NCBI GenBank assembly: GCA_030038095.1 | Contig: JASHPK010000027.1 | Location: forward strand, 23,432-87,431 | Length of the DNA stretch: 64,000 nucleotides | Origin: Thermoplasmata archaeon | GTDB taxonomy: Archaea; Thermoplasmatota; Thermoplasmata; Lutacidiplasmatales; UBA184 | Direction: 5' to 3' | Part shown: positions 1 through 7,206 of the stretch, piece by piece | Layout of the letters: the number at the start of each line of letters is the position of its first letter | Position numbering within the stretch: position 1 is the stretch's first letter | The notes under the pieces: model-generated | What the model was told of the DNA's origin: nothing | The model's input: the letters and a program-made list of their open reading frames with translations, nothing else | Databases searched by the model: none | Program-made: the position numbers and the translations under genes

Positions 1-290
1 AGCGGGAGATCGGGGCGATCGTCGACCTCCAGCTCGTGCAGGTCGAGTCCCGGCTCGCCGATCGGCGCATCCGGCTTCGCGCGACCGAGGCCGCGAAGTC
101 CCGGATCGCTTCGGTCGGCTACGACCCGCAGTTCGGAGCTCGGCCGCTCAAGCGGGCGATCCAGCGCCTGGTGGTCGACCCGCTCACCTCAAAGCTCCTC
201 GCGGGAGAGGTCCGCGACGGCAGCGAGATTCGGATCGATGCGAAGGGCGAGGAGATCACGCTCACGGTCTCGGGCCGGGGGGGTAGGTAG
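1..290 (+). CDS. clpB: ClpB/Hsp100-family AAA+ disaggregase, C-terminal fragment (5' end outside window)
   Basis: Frame is open from the window edge to TAG 288-290. Translation REIGAIVDLQLVQVESRLADRRIRL...GYDPQFGARPLKRAIQRLVVDPL carries the GARPLKRAIQ signature of the Clp/Hsp100 D2-small domain. Confidence 0.8.
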   Translation, partial: REIGAIVDLQLVQVESRLADRRIRLRATEAAKSRIASVGYDPQFGARPLKRAIQRLVVDPLTSKLLAGEVRDGSEIRIDAKGEEITLTVSGRGGR

Positions 291-296
291 GGAACG

Positions 297-1241
297 ATGC
301 CCAGCGGAGTGACGGTCGCCGTGGTGGGGGCGCTCGACGTGGCGAAGGAGCTCGGGAAAAAGGGGTCGACCTCGGACTTGACCCTGTTCAACGTCGTGCA
401 CGACGAGCTCGCGGTCACGCTTGTCGAGCCCACCCAATTCCCCGAGAAGTTCGCGCCGCTCCTCGTGGCCCTCGGGATGGCCGATCACTGCCTCCTCATC
501 GTCCCGGAGCTAAGCCGCCCGGTCGCGGAGGCGATCGCGACGGTCGACTCGACCCCGGTCCCGACGACGGTCGTCCTCGGGCCGGCCGTCGGCGACGGGG
601 AGGTCTCGAAGGTTCTCAAGGGGAGCCGGCTCGAGTCGGCACCGCGCCACCCGCTCGACCTCCCGAAGCTCCGGGACCTGGTCGAGAGCTGGACGGCGGT
701 GAACGTGCCGGGGACCCCGCTCGTCCCGATCGACCACGCCTTCCCCGTGAAGGGGGTCGGCGCCGTGGCCCTCGGGGTGGTCCGGCGGGGGACCCTCAAG
801 GCGCACGAGAAGCTCCGCCTCTACCCGAGTCCGAAGTCGGTCGAAGTGCGCTCGATCCAGGTCCACGACGTCGACCGCAAGGAGGCCGGGTGCGGCGAGC
901 GCGTCGGCGTCGCGCTCAAGGGGGTCGAGGCGGACGAGCTCGACCGGGGCCAGGTCCTCGCTCCGGAGGGGACGCTGCTCGTGGGTTCCCAAGCCTCGGG
1001 AGACGCGTTCGCGAAGTGCCGGTACTATCGGGGGGACGCGGGGCCCGGGGCCGCGATCCACGCCGCGATCGGCCTCCAGGTGGTCCCGGCGGAGATCGAG
1101 GCGCTCTCCGCGACCGAGGCGCGATTCTCGACCGACCGACCGGTCACCGGTGCCGCGGGCGACCCCGTGTACTTCCTCGATCTCGGAGTGCCGACGGGAC
1201 CCCGGATCGTCGGCCGGGCGACGCTGCGCACGGTCGGCTGA
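297..1241 (+). CDS. EF-Tu/EF-1alpha-like protein (domain 2 beta-barrel) with a degenerate GTPase-like N-terminal domain
   Basis: 314-aa ORF starting 6 nt after the clpB stop. PIDHAFPVKGVGAVALGVVRRGTLKAHEKLRLYP...RSIQVHDVDRKEAGCGERVGVALKGV resembles EF-Tu domain 2. The N-terminal ~130 aa lacks GxxxxGK[ST], DxxG and NKxD. Confidence 0.6.
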   Translation: MPSGVTVAVVGALDVAKELGKKGSTSDLTLFNVVHDELAVTLVEPTQFPEKFAPLLVALGMADHCLLIVPELSRPVAEAIATVDSTPVPTTVVLGPAVGDGEVSKVLKGSRLESAPRHPLDLPKLRDLVESWTAVNVPGTPLVPIDHAFPVKGVGAVALGVVRRGTLKAHEKLRLYPSPKSVEVRSIQVHDVDRKEAGCGERVGVALKGVEADELDRGQVLAPEGTLLVGSQASGDAFAKCRYYRGDAGPGAAIHAAIGLQVVPAEIEALSATEARFSTDRPVTGAAGDPVYFLDLGVPTGPRIVGRATLRTVG

Positions 1242-1278
1242 GGCTCCCGAAGGCGTCCGGCTCCCGCGCGGGCCGGCC

Positions 1279-2484
1279 CTACGCGAACATCGTGACCGAT
1301 TCCTTGCGGAGCTCTTCCTCGCCGACGACCTTCTCGATCGCCCGCTCGAAGTCCGCCGAGGTCACGCTGTCGCGCTCCTCCCGGATCGCCCACATCCCCG
1401 CTTCCGTGCAGATCGCGCGGATGTCGGCCCCGGTCGCCCCCTCGCAACGGCTCGCGAGCGCCTCGAAGTCGATCGTCTCGCGCAAGCTCATGCCGCGGGT
1501 GTGGATCCGGAAGATCTCCGCCCGTCCCTGGTACGTCGGGACCGGGATCTCGATGATCCGGTCGAACCGGCCCGGTCGCAGCAGCGCGTCGTCGAGGATG
1601 TCCGGGCGGTTCGTCGCCGCCACGATCTTGACGTTCGAGAGCGGCTCGAAACCGTCCATCTCGGCGAGCAGCTGCATCAGCGTCCGCTGGACCTCGCGGT
1701 CCCCGCTGGTCGCGACCTCGAGCCGCTTCGCGCCGATCGAGTCGACCTCGTCGATGAAGATGATCGTCGGGGCCTTTTCGCGGGCGAGCTGGAACAGCTC
1801 GCGGACGAGCCGCGCGCCCTCGCCGATGTACTTCTGGACGAGCTCGCTGCCCACGAGGCGGACGAAGGTGGCGTTGGTGTGGTGCGCGACCGCCTTCGCG
1901 ATCATCGTCTTCCCCGTCCCCGGGGAGCCGATGAGGAGGACGCCTTTCGGCGGATCGACACCGACCTTCTTGTAGAGCTCGGCGCGGAGGAGCGGGTACT
2001 CGACCGCCTCCCGAATCTCTCGGATCTGGTCGGTGAGCCCCCCGATGTCCTGGTAGGTGACGTTCGGCTTGTCCACGATCTCGCTCGCGGTCACGAGCGG
2101 GTCGAGCGACGCCGGCAGGACGCCCATCACGGCGAGGGTCTGCTTGTTGAGCGCCACGCGGCTCCCCACCGTGATCTTGCCGTGCTCGACCGTCTCCGCG
2201 GAGTTCACGACGAAGTCCGGACCGGTCGACGACTTCACGATCACGCGGCCGTCCGTGAGGACGTCCCGCACGCTGCCGACGATGAGCGGGGGATACCGAA
2301 GGCGGTCGAGCTCGGTCTTGAGCCGCTTGACCTCCCGCTGGAGCCGGAGGATCTCCGCCTCCATGTAGTGCCGCTCGCTCTCCACCCGCTTGATCGCCTC
2401 CGCCAGCTGCGTGTTCCGCAGCTCGAGGAAGTTCACGCGATCGAACGCGTCGTGCGGCTGCGCGGGCGCCTCGGGTTCGCTCAT
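1279..2484 (-). CDS. pan: Proteasome-activating nucleotidase PAN (AAA+ ATPase)
   Basis: 401 aa. Coiled-coil N-terminus, OB-like segment, Walker A GSPGTGKT, Walker B IIFIDEVD, and the ATNRPDILDDALLRPGRFDR second region of homology. Typical PAN/Rpt architecture. Confidence 0.95.
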   Translation of the reverse strand: MSEPEAPAQPHDAFDRVNFLELRNTQLAEAIKRVESERHYMEAEILRLQREVKRLKTELDRLRYPPLIVGSVRDVLTDGRVIVKSSTGPDFVVNSAETVEHGKITVGSRVALNKQTLAVMGVLPASLDPLVTASEIVDKPNVTYQDIGGLTDQIREIREAVEYPLLRAELYKKVGVDPPKGVLLIGSPGTGKTMIAKAVAHHTNATFVRLVGSELVQKYIGEGARLVRELFQLAREKAPTIIFIDEVDSIGAKRLEVATSGDREVQRTLMQLLAEMDGFEPLSNVKIVAATNRPDILDDALLRPGRFDRIIEIPVPTYQGRAEIFRIHTRGMSLRETIDFEALASRCEGATGADIRAICTEAGMWAIREERDSVTSADFERAIEKVVGEEELRKESVTMFA

Positions 2485-2578
2485 GGTTCCCGGAATTCAC
2501 CGCCGATTGCGGTTCTGGAGTTACAGAGAACGTGGCGCCTTATAAGTAATCGCGATTCGAACCGCCGGAAGCTCGGCG

Positions 2579-3484
2579 ATGAAAGTAGATACGGACCTCG
2601 AGGTCCGGGCGTTCGCCCCCGGCCACGTGACGGGCATCTTCGCTCCCGCGACGGAGGCGCACGATCCCCGCGCCCGAGGCTCGCGCGGGGCCGGGCTGGT
2701 GCTCGAGCTCGGCGTGCACGCCCGGGTCCGCTACCGGCCCGGTAGGGCGAGACGGATCCGCGTGGAAAGCGACACGGGCGGCGACCTCCCGATCTCGACC
2801 GAGGTCGCGCGGCGCCTTGCGCCCTCCTCCGGGTCGACGCGCCTCTATCTATCCCATCAGCTGCCGGTCGGCCAAGGATTCGGAACGAGCGCGGCGGGGG
2901 CGACCGCGACCGCCCTCGCGCTGGCCCGGCTCGCCCCGTGGCCCCGGCGGGAGGCGGTCGCGACCGCGCACCTCGCCGACCTCTTCGGCGGGGGCGGCCT
3001 CGGAGGCGTGGCGGCGATTCTCGGCGGCGGCCTCGAGCTGAGGCGCCGGGCCGGGGTTCCGCCCTGGGGCCTCATCGACCACCTCGAGATCGATCGGCCC
3101 CTTCTCCTCGCGGTCGTGGGAGGACCGATGCTGTCCCCCCGGTACCTGAGAGACCCGCGGGTGCTCGATCGGATCCGGCGGGCGTCAGGCGAACTCGACG
3201 AGCTGTTCGCGGACCCGAGCCTGGAGGAGTTCCTCGAGGTGAGCGAGCGGTTCACCGATCGAGCCGGCCTCGCCTCGAAGGAGGTCGCGTGGCTCGTCTC
3301 GGGGCTGCGGCGACGGGGCGCCCGGGCCGCCCAGGCGATGTTCGGCCGTTCGGTGTTCGCCGTCCCCCGGAGCGACCGGGCACGCCTCGGGATCGTCCGC
3401 TGGCTCGAGCGCCGGGGGGTCCGCGCGGTCGAGCTCCGCGCTGCCCGGCGCGGCGCCCGAGCCTCCCGCCCGCAACCATTTTAA
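2579..3484 (+). CDS. GHMP-family kinase, probably archaeal pantoate kinase (CoA biosynthesis)
   Basis: 301 aa. N-terminal APGHVTGIF motif and GHMP motif II LPVGQGFGTSAAGATATALA. Size and N-terminal motif fit the archaeal pantoate kinase family. Assignment is from recalled motifs only. Confidence 0.6.
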   Translation: MKVDTDLEVRAFAPGHVTGIFAPATEAHDPRARGSRGAGLVLELGVHARVRYRPGRARRIRVESDTGGDLPISTEVARRLAPSSGSTRLYLSHQLPVGQGFGTSAAGATATALALARLAPWPRREAVATAHLADLFGGGGLGGVAAILGGGLELRRRAGVPPWGLIDHLEIDRPLLLAVVGGPMLSPRYLRDPRVLDRIRRASGELDELFADPSLEEFLEVSERFTDRAGLASKEVAWLVSGLRRRGARAAQAMFGRSVFAVPRSDRARLGIVRWLERRGVRAVELRAARRGARASRPQPF

Positions 3485-3509
3485 CAGAGGGCCGGTCCCC
3501 CCGGCTCCC

Positions 3510-4016
3510 ATGACACGGAAGCCGGCCCGGATGTACCGCAAGGTGGAGGGCCAGATCTACACCCGGCGCGAGTACATGGGCGGCGTACCGACCTGCCGAG
3601 TGACGCAGTTCGACACGGGAAACCTCCACGCCGAGTTCCCGGTCAGCCTGAGCCTGGGCACCGAAGAGGCCGCGCAGATCCGTGATATCGCCCTCGAGGC
3701 GGCCCGGGTCAGCGCCGTTCGCGTCCTGGAGCGAGCGGCCCCGAACGAGTTCCACCTCAAGGTCCGGCGGTTCCCCCATCAGATCCTTCGCGAGCACAAG
3801 ATGGCGATGGGCGCCGGGGCCGACCGTATCTCGGACGGCATGCGCGGCGCGTTCGGCAAGCCGGTGGGCCACGCGGTCCGGGCGAACATCGGAGCGGAGC
3901 TGCTCACGATCTACACGACGCCCGCGCACCTCGAGGACGCCAAGGAAGCGCTCCGCAAGGCGTCGCACAAGCTGCCCGTGCCGACCCGCGTGATCGTCAG
4001 CCGCCCGACGGCTTAG
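3510..4016 (+). CDS. rpl10e: 50S ribosomal protein L10e (uL16)
   Basis: 168 aa. MTRKPARMYRKVEGQIYTRREYMGGVP...RRFPHQILREHKMAMGAGADRISDGMR is a typical archaeal L10e. Confidence 0.93.
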   Translation: MTRKPARMYRKVEGQIYTRREYMGGVPTCRVTQFDTGNLHAEFPVSLSLGTEEAAQIRDIALEAARVSAVRVLERAAPNEFHLKVRRFPHQILREHKMAMGAGADRISDGMRGAFGKPVGHAVRANIGAELLTIYTTPAHLEDAKEALRKASHKLPVPTRVIVSRPTA

Positions 4017-4464
4017 GCGGGGGCCGGACGACCAGCACCGCACACGGTGCGTGCGTCACGAGGGCCGTCGACACGCTCCCGAGGAGGAGCCGCTTCGCGG
4101 CCGTGAGACCGCGCGACCCGACGACGAGAAGGCTCGTGGGGTTCGTCTCCAGGTGCGCGAGGATCTCGTCGACGACGACGCCCTCGTCCGCAACCCCGGT
4201 GACGTTCTTGACCCCGGCGGCCTCCGCTCGGCGCACCGCCTCGTCGACGAACCCGCGGTACCGAGCCACTTCGGAATCGGAGACCGCTGCCGGGACGTAC
4301 GGTTCGGCGGACGGGATGTACACGGGCACGAGCGGCGCGACCGTTAGGATCTGCAGCTCGCTCCCGTACCGCTGGGCGAGGTCGATCGCGATGTCGAGCG
4401 CGGCGGCGGCGAGCGGCGACCCGTCGATCGCCACCGTAATCCTCGGGAACGAGGCGAGCGGCAT
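3997..4464 (-). CDS. Universal stress protein (UspA family)
   Basis: 155 aa. ITVAIDGSPLAAAALDIAIDLA...LLVVGSRGLTAAKRLLLGSVSTALVTHAPCAVLVVR is the USP ATP-binding fold signature. The 3' end overlaps the rpl10e 3' end by 20 nt. Confidence 0.9.
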   Translation of the reverse strand: MPLASFPRITVAIDGSPLAAAALDIAIDLAQRYGSELQILTVAPLVPVYIPSAEPYVPAAVSDSEVARYRGFVDEAVRRAEAAGVKNVTGVADEGVVVDEILAHLETNPTSLLVVGSRGLTAAKRLLLGSVSTALVTHAPCAVLVVRPPPKPSGG

Positions 4465-4574
4465 CGCCCGTCCGAACGGGGTCAGGGCTACATCTTCGTT
4501 GCGCCGGAGCCTGGGAGCTACGGACGCCCTCGCGACGCAACGGTTTTTACTCTAGGCCCGCCTAAACGCCGCGG

Positions 4575-5129
4575 TTGGGTGGCTCCGTGTCTCCGGTATG
4601 CTCGAACTGCGGGGCGAGCGACTTCGTCTGGGCGAACGATCTCAAGACCGGCTCGATCGTCGGGGGAGGAACGCTTTCGCTGCGCTCCCGGGGGGAGCTC
4701 TCCCTCGGCACCCGCATCTGCCGAGCGTGCGGTCACGCCGACCTGTTCCTGAAGGACCCGTCGATCCTCCGCATGCCGCATACCTGGCGCCCCGGCGAGT
4801 TCGTTCCAATCCCGAACCGCCCGGCGAGCGACCCGCGCGGCGTTTCGCCTCCGACCCCTTCGCCGCCGCCGGCGGCTCCAAGTCCTCCCTCCGCTCCGGC
4901 GGCCCCCGCCGCCCCGCCCGCCCCGCCCTCTCCGCCCTCCGAGCCAGCTCCGGTTCCGGCCGCGGCGTCAGCGCCCATGGAATCCCCGGCCCCTCCCGAG
5001 ACCTCCAGCCTCCCCGGGCCCGGCGGACCCTCGGCGGAGCCGGCGAAGCCCTCGGACGAGACCCCGACGCCCCCGAAGAAGGGCGGGCGGCGCCGGTCCA
5101 CCCGCCCGAAGAGCACCGACTCGAGCTGA
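4575..5129 (+). CDS. Zinc-ribbon protein with long Pro/Ala/Ser-rich C-terminal tail (hypothetical)
   Basis: 184 aa with TTG start. CSNCG...CRACG cysteine pairs, then PTPSPPPAAPSPPSAPAAPAAPPAPPSPPSEPAPVPAAAS low complexity and a basic C-terminus. High GC3 in this frame. Confidence 0.55.
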   Translation: MGGSVSPVCSNCGASDFVWANDLKTGSIVGGGTLSLRSRGELSLGTRICRACGHADLFLKDPSILRMPHTWRPGEFVPIPNRPASDPRGVSPPTPSPPPAAPSPPSAPAAPAAPPAPPSPPSEPAPVPAAASAPMESPAPPETSSLPGPGGPSAEPAKPSDETPTPPKKGGRRRSTRPKSTDSS

Positions 5130-5142
5130 TTCCCGAGATCGG

Positions 5143-5769
5143 TCACCACCACGGCCAATCGCGGGCGCGCGGCGAGACGCCCACGAGGACAGGCAGGGAC
5201 TCGGGAACCGGCTCTCCCGAAAGGTACCGGGAGAGCAGAACACAGGTCCGCGTCAATCCCTCGGCGAGCACGTACGGGCCCTGGGCCTGCTCGGCGATCA
5301 GCACCGGACACCCCCGCGCCCGCGCCGGGTCAAAGATTGGACGCATCTGGCGATAGACGAGGTGGTTCGGTAGATCGGGCGTCTCCTTCCCGGCATCGAG
5401 CGCCCTCACGAACTCCTCGAGACGTCGCGACGGGGCGATCGGCACGAAACTGATCGTGAGATTCGGGATCCGTACCTCCCTGAGCTCGGCGATCGGCAGG
5501 TCGCCGTAGAACCACGCCGTGCCGGGACCGAGGAGCGGATCCAGAAAGTCCCCCCGCAGCCGCCGGAACGCTGCCTGGAGCGCTTCCCAGTCGGGTTCGG
5601 AGAGCTGCTCGCGCGCCCCGCCAGCCAGCACCGAGAGTCGCCGCTCGTCCAGTCCGTGGCCGAGACGGTCTAAGTACCGGGCGCTCCCCGCGGGCACGTC
5701 GACCTCCGCCCGCACCCACTCCCAGTAGAGGTCTCGTTCTGACGCGCCTCCCAGTCTCGAGATGGGCAT
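5143..5769 (-). CDS. Hypothetical protein (no family recognised)
   Basis: Start trimmed from the 436-aa track ORF to ATG 5769, which is preceded by GGAGGAAGGA. Downstream codons are GC3-rich. The upstream in-frame extension has poor GC3 and runs into vapC. Confidence 0.55.
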   Translation of the reverse strand: MPISRLGGASERDLYWEWVRAEVDVPAGSARYLDRLGHGLDERRLSVLAGGAREQLSEPDWEALQAAFRRLRGDFLDPLLGPGTAWFYGDLPIAELREVRIPNLTISFVPIAPSRRLEEFVRALDAGKETPDLPNHLVYRQMRPIFDPARARGCPVLIAEQAQGPYVLAEGLTRTCVLLSRYLSGEPVPESLPVLVGVSPRARDWPWW

Positions 5770-6104
5770 TCCTTCCTCCGCCCACTCAACAGGCCGCGGC
5801 TCATGAGCCCGCCCGCCGGCACTCCACCCGTTCGGGCCGGGGCTGAAGGAGCCGGGAAGAGCGCCCCATGCCTCCGGCTCGAAGGGCGAACCCTCTCCTT
5901 GGACGGAACCGAAAGCCGTCGAACCATCCGTAGGCAGCATCGGAACGAGGGAAGGAACCCCGCGGCGTAGAGCCCGGGACGGGTTCAGCTCTCTTCTTGG
6001 TCCACCGTCCTCGGGGAGAGGATTTTGGAAAGGAGAGGAGCGGGCATCCATCAATCCGAGCCGATCGGGGCCCTTCCGGACCGTCCCGCCGACGATCCAG
6101 CGTA

Positions 6105-6467
6105 CTAGTGAAAGACTACCCCGGGCTTGTTCCGAAGGTCGGGGTCGCTCGTATGCAACTCGGCGCCGAATCGGCGCGCCGTCGCATACACGATGGCGTC
6201 CGCGAAGTGCAGGCCCAGCGAAAGCGAGTAGTCCGCGGCTTCCAGCGCCAGCAGATCGTCGAGCGGCACCAAGGTGGTGGCCTTCAGATGGACGACCGCT
6301 TCGAGCGCCGCCGACTCGCCCTTCAGCGGCTTGAGCCTCCGGTAGACCTCGTACATCGTGACGACCGATGTCGCAATCTCCGCCGGTTCCGTGCTGTCGA
6401 AGACCCGATTGTACGAAGCCGCCTTCGGTCCCTCCAGGAACCGCTCGATCCACCCGTAGCTATCCAC
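6105..6467 (-). CDS. vapC: PIN-domain ribonuclease toxin VapC
   Basis: 120 aa with GTG start. (M)DSYGWIERFL... has Asp at position 2, ...PLDDLLALEAADYSL..., and C-terminal TSDPD acidic residues. Sits directly downstream of an AbrB-type antitoxin gene. Confidence 0.85.
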   Translation of the reverse strand: MDSYGWIERFLEGPKAASYNRVFDSTEPAEIATSVVTMYEVYRRLKPLKGESAALEAVVHLKATTLVPLDDLLALEAADYSLSLGLHFADAIVYATARRFGAELHTSDPDLRNKPGVVFH

Positions 6468-6488
6468 GCTGATCGTGCTCCGTCCCCC

Positions 6489-6704
6489 CTAGAGCCGATC
6501 CGAGTGATCGCGCAGATCCCGAGGGTCCGCCTTGGTCCCCTTGAACATGCCCTTCGACGAACCGAACGGACGGATCGGCACGAGGTGGACCACGCCGTGC
6601 TTGACGATGACGGCGAGCTTGTCCCCCGGCCGGATCCGATGGTGCCGTCGAACGGCTTCCGGGATGACCACCTGGTATTTCGACGAGACGGTGACGGTCT
6701 CCAT
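6489..6704 (-). CDS. vapB: AbrB/SpoVT/MazE-fold antitoxin VapB
   Basis: 71 aa. METVTVSSKYQVVIPEAVRRHHRIRPGDKLAVIVKHGVVHLVP is the classic swapped-hairpin (looped-hinge) DNA-binding motif. Its TAG stop lies in the vapC reading frame, 21 nt before the vapC GTG. Confidence 0.85.
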   Translation of the reverse strand: METVTVSSKYQVVIPEAVRRHHRIRPGDKLAVIVKHGVVHLVPIRPFGSSKGMFKGTKADPRDLRDHSDRL

Positions 6705-6711
6705 CGTTCCC

Positions 6712-6742
6712 TATATCGCTAAGCGTACTGGCTATCGATATA
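6712..6742 (-). promoter_or_regulatory. vapBC upstream A/T-rich region with inverted repeat TATATCG-N17-CGATATA (candidate promoter/operator)
   Basis: Arms read directly at 6712-6718 and 6736-6742, immediately upstream of the vapB ATG (6704). This is one of the few A/T-rich patches in the window. Confidence 0.35.
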
Positions 6743-7070
6743 TCAATCTTAGGAGGACCCGTGTTTCGATGGGATCACGGTGGTCTCGGTTTCGGATATT
6801 CCATTCCCCCGAGGAGGGTCGGCTGCCGCTCCGCCGCCCCGACCGCTGGCTCGAGCGCGAGAGCGTCTTGTGGCCCGGCGAGCCGCGGGTCGCGCGCTCG
6901 CGCCTTCCCCAAGGCTCGGAGGGTCGTTCGGCCCCGGCTGCGTTCGAAGGAGGCATCGAAGACCCTCCGCCGTCACCGTAAGGAGGGCACCGCCGAAGGA
7001 ACCGGCGCCCTCGCTGGTGCAGAACTCCCCGATCGGAGGAAACCTCGGGCCCGGAGGCTCAGGATTCATC

Positions 7071-7173
7071 TAGCGGGGCATGGATTTGAACCATGGATCT
7101 ACGGGTTATGAGCCCGTCGGGATTTCAGGACGGCCGGCACGACCGACCGCTTTCCTGACTACCCTACCCCGCT
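7071..7173 (-). tRNA. Initiator tRNA-Met (anticodon CAT) with a ~28-nt intron in the D-loop; no encoded CCA
   Basis: Minus-strand read: AGCGGGG-TA-GGGT-AGTCAGGAA[intron]ATCCC-G-ACGGG-CTCATAA-CCCGT-AGATC-CATGG-TTCAAAT-CCATG-CCCCGCT-A. It has an A1:U72 pair and three G:C pairs closing the anticodon stem, the archaeal initiator hallmarks. Positions 27-73 are exactly canonical (47 nt). The 5' part carries 28 extra nt. Confidence 0.85.
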
Positions 7174-7196
7174 GCGCGGCGGCCAAAGAGGCCTCC

Positions 7197-7204
7197 GTAT
7201 ATGA
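7197..7204 (-). promoter_or_regulatory. TATA-like box (TCATATAC on minus strand) about 27 nt upstream of the tRNA 5' end
   Basis: A/T-rich octamer at the distance expected for an archaeal TATA box relative to the tRNA 5' end at 7173. Confidence 0.4.
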
Positions 7205-7206
7205 GC

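Noticed and set aside
2555-2575. GATTCGAACC (reverse complement GGTTCGAATC) in the pan / pantoate-kinase intergenic region, reminiscent of a tRNA T-loop
   Set aside because: Flanking bases do not form a T-stem and no acceptor or anticodon arms can be drawn. A chance match.
1025-2745. 491-aa (-) and 531-aa (+) ORFs overlapping pan
   Set aside because: Both are out-of-frame or antisense shadows of the PAN gene. They are Arg/Pro/Gly-rich nonsense, and PAN motifs (Walker A/B) occur only in the 1279-2484 frame.
4497-4548. 7-bp stem (CGTTGCG ... CGCAACG) followed by T5, resembling an intrinsic terminator
   Set aside because: It lies upstream of both divergent genes (usp on the minus strand, the zinc-ribbon gene on the plus strand), so there is nothing to terminate. 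The T-rich TTTTTACTCTA is better explained as the TATA box of the 4575 gene, and the loop is 32 nt.
4850-4980. Repetitive CCGCC/CCGCCC-rich DNA that could be mistaken for a tandem repeat or CRISPR-like array
   Set aside because: It is the coding sequence of a Pro/Ala/Ser low-complexity tail. There are no unit-length repeats or spacers, and no CRISPR array was seen anywhere in the window.
5770-6453. N-terminal 228-codon extension of the 436-aa ORF 5143-6453 (-)
   Set aside because: The extension overlaps vapC in another frame. Third-codon positions in 5770-6104 are frequently A/T, unlike real genes here. A strong GGAGGAAGGA site precedes the internal ATG at 5769.
6761-7111. 116-aa ORF (+) preceded by AGGAGGA, between vapB and the tRNA
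   Set aside because: It runs into and through the tRNA gene on the opposite strand and translates to Arg/Ala-rich low-information sequence. The AGGAGG is more likely part of the vapBC/intergenic region.
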